Shown: piece after piece, positions 49,871-64,000 of the stretch | Numbering within the stretch: the stretch's first letter is position 1 | How the letters are laid out: every line of letters starts with the position of its first letter | Assembly: GCA_964247055.1 (NCBI GenBank) | Contig: OZ176054.1 | Span: 2,666,001-2,730,000, forward strand | Length of the DNA stretch: 64,000 nt | Source: Paragordius varius | Lineage: Eukaryota; Animalia; Nematomorpha | Reading direction: 5' to 3' | Made by a program: the position numbers and the translations under genes | Notes under the pieces: generated by a model | The model's input: only the letters and a program-made list of their open reading frames with translations | Databases searched by the model: none | What the model was told of the DNA's origin: nothing

Positions 49871-52531
49871 TATATTTAATGCGCCAAATTCAAAATGCAT
49901 TCTTTAGCCCTGCAGGCGCATACTAAAAATTATTTAATAAAAATTGTAATACTTCTCCATCTCAAAGGTTTTCGCCGCCAGTTTTATATTTAGATTTTTA
50001 AACTGTAATACAACAGCCGGACCAATGTATATCATGGTTAAACAATGTAAATAATTAACTTTAGAGACCTTTTAAATTACAACAAATTATTGATGATTAT
50101 TGATATCAAAATTGGCTGTTTAATCAGGTTTTAGGGCTATAATCTTGAACGCTAGAAGTTAGGAAAGAGTGTATGTTATTTGCTAATACAAGAGAATTAA
50201 GCAATAAAAACAACTGTCAAAACAGTAGTTTACTAAGTATAAGCTCTGTGATACAAAAATAATCGAAAATATAATAGTCTGCAAAAGATGAAAGGTAGGG
50301 AAGTTTTAAAAAATCACAATGTCTATATCTCAAACCTGGCTTAATAGGCAAAATATAATCGTTTCAACATTTAAAACTACTGTATAACATTAAATTGATT
50401 TAAAAGCACCTCATAAATACTGATTTCTTGATTAAATTTAATTGTCTTTGAAATATATTGAATTAAAAAAAGGCTACTCTCTATTAACATTCAATATTCT
50501 CGCTATATCAGGTTTTAGTTCAAGTACTCCCAAGGATGTCAAAATCATTTTGTGCAAAGATTTTTCGGCGTACATAATTTATATTGAGTAAATCTTTCAA
50601 TATTTTATTGTTCTTGCCAATACATAAATGTGGAAAATTGCGGTTTTGAAGGATTTATTATTTATTACCTGTTTGTGTAAAATTTTAACTTGAAAAACAA
50701 TAAATTTTTGTTTTTATGAATAGATTTTCACACCTTGTGGCAAGGTCAAAGAGATTTTTTACATTATTTTCATTAATCTAAAAAATCGGATTGCGGATAA
50801 TGATTTGATTTTTTTATAAAAAAGAAAATTAAAAATAAGCCAAACAACAACTTTGTTTTAAGAATTTTAGCCAATAAAAATTTAAAACCAATTTTTCCAT
50901 TTTCTAAAAAACATACTCCACTTAATTCAATGTTAGCAGGCCAGACATTACGGCACGATGTCAAAGTGTGGATACTTAGTTAAGACATATTTTCAGAGAA
51001 TTTTATGAAATTTGACTTGAACATTCCGTTTTGTAGCTTCAAATTGTTCAAATGTTTTTTTTCGCAAAAAATCCAAACGTCACTCCATACCTCCAGTATA
51101 TGGTACGCTAAAAAATGGTTGATTATGAGTTAGTTCCATTAGTTTACAAAAAATCAAGGTTAATTCTTATTCTTTTTTACATATAACTATCATTACTTGT
51201 GATAACATACAATACCAATATTTCTACCGCAATTTATAAAATGTATAACTATCTACACATGAAATGAAATTAACCTTCTAACATTTTACATGCAAAACTA
51301 AACTAAATGATGCAAAAAAACGCATTAAAAAATGCATAAGGAGCAGCATATGATAAAAATTAATATTATCTTTTCTTCTTTTTTGTGTAGAGTTCTCTCT
51401 CTATTTTCTAAGGATTTGTCTTATGTTATATATTTATTATTTGTATATGTATATATCTATAGGGTTTCTTACCTGTGCACACATAAAATGTATAACAAAA
51501 GTATATTATAATATGTGTAAATATAAACAAATTTTTATACCTTTGTTGAAATATGTATGTATATGCATTGGATAGATATACTATTACACAACACATAAAT
51601 ATTTACCTCAAACATAAATAGTATCTAAAAAAGAGATAAATTTATTGATATTTTTAGATACGATTTTTTTTATTTGTCACCACCATAAATCTCTCTCATT
51701 TGTAGCATAAATATTAATTGACAAAAAATTATTTGTGGAGAATGTTATGTAATCACTCTGTATCCCTAAAGCATTATATTTTGTACGTGTAATTATCATT
51801 CATTTATTTAATGAGATCATTTTTTTCCATAAATACGATGCAATGCAATGCAATAAATATATATTATTGTGTATTATCGCAAAAAATTCAATAAAATAAA
51901 ATATATCTTCTTCCTATATTCTCCTATATTAATTCTTACATTATTATCACAATATTTTATCCATAACAATCATTCCAAATATATAATTAATTAATTCTTA
52001 ATTGTTAAAAGTTCCGCCTGAAAATATCGTTTCTATTCTTTGAATAATTTGATACAACTGTCCATATTTTGTCATTTTTGATGAACAAATAATTACAAAA
52101 AGATAATTATTATGGAAAACAAACTCACTTGCTTATACGGATGGTCAGCGAAAACTTGAGTTATGGATATCAAATTCGAACAATATACTTTTTTATTTGG
52201 CTTGTTGATTCATTTTAAAATAAATCGATTGGTTTTTAACCCTTTTTTTCATTTATGACTCATATCCTACACAACGCTTTAAGGCAAATAAGGTCACACC
52301 CAAAACTATACTTATTGTAATCAATCTACGGCAAATATATTGGGAAAAAGTATCCACAAATCAATACAATCTCGTTTTTATTATAGCACACTTTGAACAA
52401 ACATTCCTAAACCGACATCTCAGTTTTACATATCATATCCACCATAGTTTTTTGTTTGGAGAAAACAACGATATTCCAAACGGCTCTCGCTAAACTATTA
52501 AATAAAAACCAATTTGACTAAGTACAATAAT

Positions 52532-55500
52532 ATGTCCATAAAATCGGCGTGCTTGCTTTCTTTAGCTTCGCTGCTTTTGTTAACTGGTCTAGCCTGTTTA
52601 GTCATAGGCTTTGCCACCGATTTTTGGCTCAAATACAATGTAAATTACCCTCAAATATTCCGTGATATAGGGCGGGCCCCTCCGACCGGCCCAGAAGCTT
52701 TAAACAGAACAAAGCTTTTGGTGGATCGAACACGAGGGCTATTCCATTGGTGTTATCCTGATTACAAGCCTACTGGTATATTATTAGCGAGATTTAATCT
52801 ATATTTTTATCTCTTATTTTCCAAAAAAAATCAAAAAAATGTTGTGTTAAACTTGAAAGGCTTAAATAATGATTATTTTTAATAAAAATTTTGTGGTTGA
52901 GTATTATTTAAAATATATGGAAAAATGTCAAAAATTCACCCAGCTTAAAAATAATTTTGTTAATGAATTATTTAAAATTTGATCCATTACATTGTTATGT
53001 AAAAATAATTTTTACTCCTGGAAATTTAATCATAATGAATTTCAATTAGATTCACTAAAATAAAATTTTCTTTTGATTGCTGATGCGTGATTGCTTTTTT
53101 TGTTTATAGTTATTTGTAAAATTTTAGTTAATTCAGTTGTTTTGAGCGTTTTTTTATAAAAAATATTTAGATGCTTTTAATTTTTTTAACCATTAAACCA
53201 TTATGTTTAATGTTTAACCTTCATTATATAGTAATAAGGTCACTTTTTACCATGTGTTTGGTTATTTTCTATAAAATATTTTTTTACTTATTATCGAAAA
53301 ATATGGCGGTGTAATTAAATATTTTTTAGATTTTTTGATTCATATTAAAAAAATCACATTTTTCGCCAAACGTAACAAAAAAAGATGGAATAAACACCAA
53401 TAATTAATTTAGTGTTGATGGGTAAATTAGGTTTAATACAATAATAATATAAAATATAAATAAATTAATGTAAAAATTGGTGTCAAGGATTATTATTTTT
53501 TTATTAACTTTCTTTGTCTAATTGTCGATAATTATTGCAAAAGAATTTAGAGAATGTCACACACAAATATATATTATACTGAATGAATTAATTGTTCTAA
53601 CTTTTGTCCTTTTTATACGAGTGATATTTCATTCCCTTTTCAATAACGATGTATTAAAATTCCGGTTTCCATAATAAAAGGCTAGCTAATTTTTCAATAA
53701 TTTAATTGTAGGAATAACAAAATTATCTTAAATTATATTTAAGCGATATATATTTTTAGCACATATAAAGTTTAGATTGGGTCGTGATTGGTATACAAAT
53801 TTCTAGCAAAATTTTTAAATAGACTTTCACAGTATTGGCTATACATGCATAAATATATCTTTTTTATCACTAGTGTCAATTTCCTTCGTTTATATTCAAT
53901 TTTTTTGTTTTAAAACTTTTTTCACCGTAAACTATTTATCAGGTCCGGATTTTTTAACAATATACCTCTAGTTACTATTACAGGTAAGGTTAAGATTATA
54001 TTCTCCATAAATGAGTATAAAACATTCTTAATCTACACAATAATGACCGAGGTATGTGTAAGATTATTAAGTATGATTTATCCATTTTCAAGAAACGTAT
54101 ACAATTATAAATAAACCACAAAATTAATTTATCAGACATGAATATATTTTTGTTTAGAATTTAATTTCTAACGAAATAATGCACAAATTCTTGCATAAAT
54201 TAGCAAAGTTAGGGGAGTTAATATTTATAAGGTTTATATTTATGAGCTCCATACTTTAATACTTGTACTTATGTATGTATATACATTTACAAAAATAAGT
54301 AATCAGGGTTCAAAACCTCTATTCTATGAATAATAATTTTATTTTTTACAAAACCATAAAATTAATTTTAAAAATAGATGCTTAGATACATATATTTATA
54401 AAAAATCTTATTATCATTTATAAAAAATTATAAAAAAATATGAGTTTGGGTTAAAATATATTATATTGCCAAAATTGTTACATGATAACTGGCTTTGCAT
54501 AAATATTATAAAAAAAGTAACTTTTTTATGACTTTAAAAGTTTTCACGCATTTTTGCGAAATATTGTAATTTTTTTAGTTTCAGGATTTTTCAGCATCAA
54601 AAAAGATGTGTTTTGTCATTAGATATAAATGAATAATATATTGTTGTATCTATTTATAATAATAATTATAATTAATTAGGTTAAGTTGATTTAAGTCGTA
54701 TATTGTTATACATGAAAAAATCAAAATAAATTAGTTATTCTCTGATTCAGAACAAAATATATAATTTATTTTCCGATACAAACTATTTATAAAAGCCCAA
54801 AGAATGGCCATAACTGATGCCTTTTAAGGATTTTTTCGTATATAAATATACTAAAGCCGCAATTTAAAAAGTGAAGCGCTGTCAAATTCATGAATCACCC
54901 ATGATTTTAAATAATTAATTTTAATAGAGCTTTTTATGATTAGGATTATTTATAATGGATTAAGAATCCTAACTTCATATTTAGCTACCACGTATTTGAA
55001 GCTTTAATCGTATTATGCCAAAAAATTTGGTTGGCTCAATAAAAAAACCTATAATTTAGAGAATTTTTTTCGCTATATATTTTGACCTGTTTGCAAATCA
55101 TAACTGCAGTTTTCGTTATATAATTAAGAAAAATGTTTTCATTCATGTTCACAAAACACGAAGCAAGAATTTTGCTAATTACTTGTGATATTAGGTGGTA
55201 TAATATTGAAACACTTAATTATCAATTTTTTTCAAATAATAAATTATTTTTTTGCAGTAAACCATATATAACCTGCATAGGATTTTACAAATACATTCCG
55301 ATATGTATACCAATTTTAGATATTAAAATTCATAAGAATATACTCCAATAATATTTTATTTATTATATATGGAATAATTCAGCAAAAATAATATAAATTT
55401 ATTATAATATTTCGATTACTACAAGTAATCTTTGTCAAACGTAAAAATAAAATAAAAATATAAACTAAAATATTTGATGACTATTTTTGTAGATGTGGGT

Positions 55501-58500
55501 TTGGTTCGAAAGTATGTAGACGATTTTTGTGAACGCATTTCTTACCGCCTATTTGATGCCATGAATGCCAGTCAAAAGAAACGAATTCGTAAGTTACAAC
55601 TATTTTACAATAGTTTTTAAACTTGTTAATATTAGTTAAATTATGCGGTTTTTGCCAAAAAATATTATTCTTACTAATTCACATTAACTCTTATTTTGCT
55701 ACCCGAAACGATAATTAAAAAATCACATAGGCTGTGTTTCATTAATAAAATGTTAGTCTTTTGGGTTTACTTTTGATTTTATAGTTTCAATCTTTACTGT
55801 AATTTAGTGAGATTGCTAAAGATTTGGTATATCCTCAAGAATATCCGTTCCATCATAGTGTTTTGTATGTGTGCCCTTTTATTAAGCTTTTTTTTATCCC
55901 TGACACTGATTAACCAGCCCCCACACACACTTTAATTCAATCGCCTTTATCATAATTAATTTTTAATATTTGGCACGTACAGCACTTTACATAACAACAT
56001 ATTTTTCAAAATCTTTATAATCATATATGAGGGGATTTTAATGGAAAAATGAATTTCGGACCAGCTATTTTTTTATAAAATGTCTTAGACGTATATTTCG
56101 TACCAAAGAATATATATGCTTTCAGTTTTATTTAAATTTGGGAATAGCCTAATTTGATAATTTGAATAAAAAGCTTAAAATTTAGAATATGAACTATGTT
56201 GGATGCTATTTTCTTTAAAAATTAAAATCTAAACTAATTTAAATAAAATAGGTTTTTTTACAAAACCAATGTTATCATTTGAAATATAAAAAATGATAAA
56301 AATTCCGGATCAAATATGATAATTATCTAAAATGGAAAATATGAATTCCATTAGCAGCGTGCGCATTTACTCTTAATAAAACTTTTGGATGGCATCCTCT
56401 TTCAAACAACTCATTTTAATTCTTTCAAATGTTTTTTTTTTAAAAAATAATTGACGCCTGATAATAGCGCTTAAGAGGTATTTTATCCCCTGATTTGGAA
56501 AGCCCCTAGCCCCGTTATCATAATAAATTTACTAAAAACATGTAGAAAATTATAGCTAAAATGTTTGATTACAAAATATTTAAATTTAATTATTAACCGA
56601 CATCCTGAATCGCACACTGGATAAAACGGTTTATATTTTAAAATCATTGAATTTCGCCATAATCTAACGACATTGATTATGGCTTTTTTCATTTTTAAAT
56701 ATGATTTATGCTTATTTAAAATAATTGGAAAATATGTAAATATCCTGGAAACTATATAATTATTTAAATTCAACATAAAATGCAAATAAATCATATGGAT
56801 AGCATTTTATTCGACTGGTTATGTTTAAAAGCGCTCATAATCATGATTATGAATATATTTACGATAGCACCGATCAGGCTGTTAGTTTTATATAATAATA
56901 AAATTCCCTATATATGTTTTCCTAGATATTTTCCACCAATTTAATACATTTGCCATAATTATTTTATAAATTTTCAATAAATTTCGTTTAAACATGTAAA
57001 ATATTGTTTCCAACTGACTATACCAAACTAAAACTTAATATTTAACTGAATTTATTTTTATGCACAGATTTGATGCGAACTCAAATTGGATTTTACGTTG
57101 TAGCATTTCTTTTCTACCTACTTGCTCTTGTAGTGGGAATTGTCGGTTGCTGGAAACGAAGCCCACTAAAAATATTAGCAACTGCTCTACTTATATTAAT
57201 AGCAAGTAACCTATTAAATTTAAAAAAAAGAAAGTTTACAAATATTTTTTCATTTGGTTCGCTAGCATTTTAATTAATACTTTGCCAAAATTTTGGCCAA
57301 TTTTAATGCAATATAATTTTTATTAGCTGCATTTGCCGCCGCGGCTACGGGTATATTTCATGCAATCAAAAATATCGAAAGCAACGTCTTAAGGGATGTG
57401 CCAGAAAGCATGACAACTTTTGACGTTCCCGATGTAAGTTTTGAATAATCTATCGATTTTATAAGAAATAACATTTTTATTTTTAAAACTATTAATTAGT
57501 TTAAATGCATTTTTTACCTTAAAAGTAAAAATGCTGTTTATTATTGATAATTATACTATTTGGCACAATTATCTTATCTACTGTCTTTGAGCAAATCTTC
57601 CTATTAATAGAATTTTTTGGAACAAACTTTTACTGCTAAATGCATACATTAAAAAGTGATACTTTTATTCCTTTCACAAAATTTGTATGTAGTAAATATA
57701 ATTTACGCCTGAATAGGTTCCAAAAAAACACCATAATATTGATACCGTAAGAATTAATATATATACATAAATAATCTTGTTATTTCAATGTTAATAAAAA
57801 TAAATTAATAAATAAGTTTGTACCTACCTATATTGTGTACGGAAATTATTACAAGGTTAAAACAAACCTAATGCAAGCAAAACTTGGAATGCAAAGTATA
57901 TTACATATAATTTATATTGGGAATAATATGCATAGGTGAAAAAAAGGAAACAAGGTAGCTTTTTACAACACAGTAACTACCAATATATTTGGCTGTAAAA
58001 ATAATTTAATTGGTGAATGGAGAAAAATTTAAATGTAAACCAATTAAATACCCTTATAATGTAATACTTTTTCCTATTTTAGTCACCATGCATGTAGCTT
58101 AAATTTTTGGTTATAATTTTTAATAAAAAATTTAAGCAAAAAAACATTGAAATAAAGAAAAGAAAGTTTATGACTTTGTCCTAACTTTTTAAAACTCATC
58201 CCAAAATAAATTACCAAACGATACAAGGGTGAACAGATCTTCATTAAATTCGGTGAACAAAACAAATTGTAAAAAGCTTCAACATTTAATAATTAAGATT
58301 TTTTGCATCCATTTTGTATTTAAAGATTCTAGCATATACACATCTTTATAGGTGGTCCGAAATAATACACACGTACGTTTCTGGTGGTCATACATGTTAG
58401 CATGGATCGGGATAGGTCTTACTCTGCTTGCCGGTCTTCTCTTCCTCCTTACGGCTTGTTGCCTTAATCGGGATCGAAATAGATCGGGTCGACGTTACAT

Positions 58501-58831
58501 GCAAAATTATGCCTCTAATAAGGTGCTTGTAGGCGGGGGCGCTGCCACTGGAGCAGCTGCGATGGCCGGAGCTCATTCTGCTCATGCAGGCGGAGGTGAT
58601 CGATATTTCATACCCGTGTACTATGATAATCCTGGAAATATACCTGTGGCTGGGAGTCAAGGGCTCCCTCCTGGGGCCTCTTCAACCGTTTACTACGATA
58701 ATGGATATTACAGATCACCACCTCCACCCGCTGGAACCAACAGCACAGTAACTCGAACAACCTATTACCCAGCTACTGGCGTGGGCGGAGATACGAATAC
58801 AGCCGGTTATGGATACGGATATTACAAATAA
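52532..58831 (+). CDS. Claudin/PMP-22/EMP-superfamily tetraspan membrane protein, 5 exons, 354 aa
   Basis: Exons 52532-52775, 55493-55588, 57068-57205, 57327-57433, 58352-58831 (1065 nt, GT-AG, phases consistent). Four hydrophobic helices, FATDFW...RGLFHWC...FC signature, FWWSYMLAWIG before TM4, long G/Y/P-rich tail. Confidence 0.9.
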
Positions 58832-59506
58832 TGAAATCAAATCAAACATATTACATCGATTCCTTTTATACTACACCTGATATACCTCTCAGAGTATGTG
58901 CTCAGATATCGAGTTTAACCTTCTTGTTCTTCTACTACTCCTATGGACATCATCTAATAATCTTACCAGTCCAAATTTATACATGTTTTGTGAAAGTGTC
59001 ATCAATCTATATATAGTGTGCGTCACAATTTAAAATTTATATGGTTAACAAGACTATTCAAAACATTCCTCCTTAAAGACAAATCTAATCGTGTATTTTA
59101 ATTATAATAATCAATGAAATAAAAATTCAAAATAAAAATCAAAAATTTGTAACATACCCCCTAATTTATGCAATGCAATTTTTATGTAAATTCCATTTTA
59201 ATACATTTAGTATTTAAATGTGTGTGTTTATCAAATATTACCATATTTTAAAAAATTATATAAAAAATGTAAAATTTTGCAAAGCAATACAAATAAATTT
59301 TTTATGTATGTATCTTATCATTAAAATTTTTATTCACTGATGCGATAAATGTAATAAATTATATCTTTATATTGGTAATTTATTTTAAAAAGGCAGTCTT
59401 GAGACTTATACAGATAGCCCCCCAGATTGTTGTTGGAAAAATAGATCATCCGCAGCATGACTTATTTGATAAATATTGAAATTATTTTTTAAGTTTAATT
59501 TATTAA

Positions 59507-60083
59507 CACTTGGATAAAACACATTTATTTTGGACCTTCGATTCAAATTGGGGTAGTTGGATACCCCAGGCCTGTTAAAATTATATCCCTTAAAAATATG
59601 GAAGAGGAATTGAAACCATGGAAAAATTTTGCACTTATATAACAATAATTAACCGAAATATATAAAAAATTTTATTCAAAAATTCTTGATATTACTTATT
59701 TTAAGATAAACCCCAAGGGTTAAAATTTAGTGAACGTGACATGTGTGCAATGGTAAAATTGAAAAATAATACAAAATACACCGCTTTCTCTATATCTATC
59801 AATGTTAGATGTAATTAAAAAAAGTAGATTTTATTTTACCCTTAAAATTAAATGAAGACGACATTTTGCAAAAATTTTGTTAAAAATGGCGTCCAAGTAG
59901 TTTGATTGACATGGAACTTTTTTTCAAAACAAAATTTTATTTAAATATTTTGGCATATTTATATAAATTTTATTAGGATATAAGCATAAATTTAAATTGG
60001 GGCCGTTTTCTTCAATTGTTTTATATAAATCCTAACTTTAATTTAGTCTGGGGTATTTAGATAACCCAGTTTGAATCGAAGTG
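59507..60083. mobile_element. piggyBac-like MITE copy 3 (577 bp)
   Basis: TTAA|CACTTGGATAAAAC...TTTGAATCGAAGTG|TTAA with TTAA on both sides. Confidence 0.85.
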
Positions 60084-61942
60084 TTAATCAATTTTATTAT
60101 TTAGCATACAGAAAAAAATAGTTAATTTTATTTTTTTGTCGTACTATTTAGGCCCCAAAATACCCCCAAACTACTAGGACTGTATTTGAAAGCTGAAAAA
60201 TGCACGATGATCGGTAAAAGTAAATTATTTTATGTGTAGTGGTTTTTTAAAAGCTTTTTATGAATTTAGGGATGTCTTTTTAAATGGCAAAGCGCAATAT
60301 TATTGTTAACCGCTTCAGCGGTGTTAAAATGGCTATTTGTGGATCAAGCAGTAAGGTTATATCTAGCAAATTTTATTATAAGGTTATTTTTTAGCTTGGA
60401 CACATGTTAGCTTATTTTATTGTTGTGTTATAAATAATTTGCGGCTCCAAATTAAAAAAATTTGTAGGGTACTTACATAAAATTATCATACAATTTAAAA
60501 AAGACTATCTCATTCAAAGATAATAACAGTTACAAATATCAACCAGCCAAATTTTTTTAAATAAAATTTTTTTGGGTGAGGTCATATACGCTTGATAAAA
60601 CCTTTTATATGATTTAACCACATCATTTTGTGAGATTAAAAATTTTGTTAATTATTTCACCAATTTATTTTTGCTGTAATATATATCCAGAATATCAATG
60701 GACTTTAACCAAAATGAAAAAATTAATTCCACTGAGAATATTCAAGTTTAAAGCATTTTGAAAGAATAAATAAAGTATTAAGATTCTGACGGTGTTATTT
60801 GTTGTGTGGCTTATTCTTAAAAAAAGTTATTTTAATATTTTATACGATTTTTTTGGGAACAACACGGTAATACCATATAAAAATGCGAAAATAATGTAAA
60901 ATAATAGTATTTTTTATGACATATGAAATCTACGAAAAGGACATCTCGACGCTAAAACAAGTCAGCTTTCAAAGTTTTTAAATTTATTTTAATGCTGTTT
61001 TTATTTTTCATAATAACTTATCTGATTATTTTAAGTTAATAGTTTAAGGAGAAAAAATAACAAAATGGTCCAAATTACACTTTTAACTAAAAAGGTAAGA
61101 ATGGACAGCTAAAACGCGCTATTTTGGAAGACGTTTTTTGAAGTTAAGTCTTCTCTAATAATTTGTTTTATCTTAGTTTTCTGTATATAGAGTCCCAAAT
61201 TTTCAAACCCGATGTAATGCGCTCATCCCCTTAAAGTAACGCAAAAGGCCACTATGGTGCGATAAATGATTTAAACATATGCTTTATTTATGTTATATAA
61301 ACGCTAAATGCGATAGATATATTGGTAACATTCTTACAAATGGTATCATACGTTAAATTGCACATAATACCGTAAATTATGTGAAACATGTCCAATATTA
61401 TAAGAAATATTTTTTGCTCTTGATTAGATATTGTTCTAAAAATCAGCCCAGAATCTAAAGTTTTAAAAGGCCATTTGCAGAATAAACAATCCAATATTTA
61501 CAGCTAGAAATCTTTTTCAAATCTTTTATAAATGTTTGTAAAGGATAACAGCAAAATTAAGCTAGATTTTTGAAATATAAATTTTCGTCAAAATATTTTC
61601 CTAGTTCATTCGAAATCATTGAAGCCATAATTTTTTTATTATAACATAAAATTTTAAACGATGTTTCTATATAAGTATATGTACTTTTTTAATCAAACTG
61701 AACATTCAAACTCAAAAATTTTATTTTATCATTTTTTTATAGATATTCGAAAGCGCTGTATACCTGTAAAATAAATTTAGATAATAAATATATGACTATA
61801 AATTCAAAAAATAAGGGAAGCAAAATGAAAATAAAAAAGAGACTATAGCTGCTTTTAATATGTGCTAATATTAATTAAATAGTTAGTTAAATATGGGTGT
61901 TAAGTTTGAATAAGAAATTGGCTGGAAAAATGAGTGTTCGAA

Positions 61943-61995
61943 AAGAGGCGTAGCTTGCATTTCTGGCGCCCGGTTGAATCCGTGATGGCGCCCCT
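61943..61995 (+). mobile_element. Fragment of a hAT left end like 31521
   Basis: GAGGCGTAGC...GGCGCCCGG...ATGGCGCCCC parallels 31521-31580; no right end found. Confidence 0.35.
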
Positions 61996-62812
61996 CTCTG
62001 TCCATGCAACCTCGTGTTAAAAAAATCAAATTCAAACCGTGAGCGGGACGAAATATGCTCGTAATTAACAGAAACACGTGAAAACACATCAACGCTATTC
62101 CTTTGAGAACGACGGCTGGCTTAGCAAATGTATCAATAATTATAAAAATAATGATATTAGTTTCTACGCGAAAAGTTCGACCTAGTCAACACTCCAATAC
62201 CTGTAATTTTATATCGCAAAGCGATTTGAAATTTGAATATTAAAATATTTAAGCTTTTGAGCCAAATTTAAAAATATGCTTTATTTAATCTTTTAAGCGC
62301 ATCATACAAAATTTTTTGTTAAAAGATGTAAAATTGTAAAAAAATCTTTATTTCAAACTTTTTTTAAGTCATCTTTCTATAATTTTTTAAAATCATAATG
62401 CAAAAGACAAATAAATGTATTTTATGGTTTAAAAATGTAAATAATCAACTTTAAAAAGATTTTAGGCTTTATTTTACCAGCAAAAAGTTGATATTTGATT
62501 TTAATACAGCTGTTCGTTTCTATCGTGTTTTGAAGCGCCAAATTAAAATTCTTGAAGTCACAAAAGTATATAAGTTTTTATCTATTACTTACTAACAATA
62601 TTTGATAATTAAATTTTAACCAAAGTAAGTTTCACAACTGTAGTTTATTTACGAAATCGAACTCTGGAAGATAAAACTACCCCAAAAGATAAACAGGTCA
62701 AAAGAGTGAAAAGGGAAATTGTTTTGTACTAATTTATTTCGTTACAAATTAATCACAATATGCTATATACTTTAAGTATGAAATTGAGAGTTGGGAGCCG
62801 TTTAAATGTTCC

Positions 62813-63927
62813 TTATCTATACCGACTGTTATAATTATTGTTATTGTCGTCATAAGGAAATTGACGATAATCACTTGGATCTTGTGGAGGTTTATATATC
62901 GAATTTCGATCAGGCGGATATTCATTATTTCGATAGTAGTCCGGCACATTATTTGCATTTCGTTGATTGTAATATGGTGATATTGGTTCTGATTCCACAT
63001 TCTGTGGTTGCTTTCTCCCAAAAGGATACCTAATTTTGTTCCAAAAATAATCCTTGATCGCGAATCGCCTTGTTTCTATAGTTGAGGCAGAAGGTGACGG
63101 GGCAGCAGAAATGGTTGTGTTTATATTTGAGATTGGTGGTACCTCGGTGCTTTGCTACACGATATTTTATCATAAATAATTGTATATAAAAACCCGTTTT
63201 TGTGATAATAAGCTATTTTAAATATGCGCGTAAAATTAATGACCTCATGCTAATAATTTTACATTATTTCAATTTATTAAATGGTTTTTCTGTTAAATAT
63301 AGGTCAGCTAAAAGTCTTATTATGTTTATAATAAGTATTTTTAGGCCCATAATTAACATATGTTTTTATGTAAAACATTTCTCCATTTTTCCTGATATTA
63401 GATAATAAAAAATTAAAAGTTCAGATAGGGTCATAATGGTTTGGATAATGAACCGATTCCTATTACAGTGAGGGGGTAAAAATACGTAACATTTAAATTT
63501 TTTAACAGTTTAAATTCACAAATAACATACTTGTGTGGTATTAGATTGATATATTGGTAGATACGGTTTATCGGGTTTTTCATAATTAAGTGACGACGGT
63601 ACATTGCCCACATAATTTTGGGGTTGGGGTTGAGCTGTTTTACAATTTAGATCATTATATTTAACAACTAAAATACATTTCTGTAATCTTTGGCAAAAGA
63701 CATCGCCGGAGAGGCATTCATAAACCACTGGAGTCCATGTATAACCATTGATATCATAATTGCAAACGAAAAATCTATATTTTTTTAAAAAAATATTTGT
63801 CGGTTAAAGAATAATTTTAAAAAACGACGGTTTCGGTACTTGTTGGGATAATATGGATCAGTTAGCAATTCATTCGGATTGTTGTAATAATAGGCTGGTC
63901 TATTACCATTTTGTTTTTGACATATCC
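62813..63927 (-). CDS. Chitin-binding (CBM14/peritrophin-A-like) protein with Tyr/Pro/Asn-rich tail, 5'-partial
   Basis: Exons 63840-63927, 63531-63774, 62813-63154, GT-AG, phases consistent: ICQKQNGNRPAYYYNNPNELLTDPYYPNKFFVCNYDINGYTWTPVVYECLSGDVFCQRLQKCILVVKYNDLNC..., then an S/T/P linker and Y/P/N/D-rich end YNSRYR*. Upstream exons lie beyond the window. Confidence 0.82.
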
Positions 63928-64000
63928 CTAAAATACGATGAAAATTTTAAATTCTCCAAATCCAAAAAATATTAAAAAGTTTGATAAAATCGAGAAAAAA

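Noticed and set aside
58397-58660. Minus-strand 87-aa ORF and the overlapping ORFs at 62749-63033
   Set aside because: Antisense or off-frame shadows of GC-richer real exons.

Overview
AT-rich animal (invertebrate) genomic DNA, not prokaryotic. Five spliced genes were rebuilt by hand: V-ATPase subunit D (minus, 6 exons, with a 24-nt first intron); an IGFBP/IB-domain gene absent from the ORF track (minus, 5' exon not found); RP2/XRP2 (plus, 11 exons, about 668 aa versus about 350 aa in human); a claudin/PMP-22-superfamily tetraspan (plus, 5 exons); and the 3' part of a chitin-binding (CBM14-like) gene running off the right edge (minus). About half the window is repeats: a non-autonomous Helitron family, hAT, piggyBac-like and TA-flanked MITEs, foldback elements built of 21-bp subrepeats, and transposase/RT fossils. 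The least explained structure is an ~18-kb non-coding array (~18620-36990) of a ~2.5-kb monomer made of ~1-kb inverted arms alternating with two fixed spacers, repeatedly invaded by MITEs. All coordinates and alignments were done by eye; no searches were run and the species is not identified.
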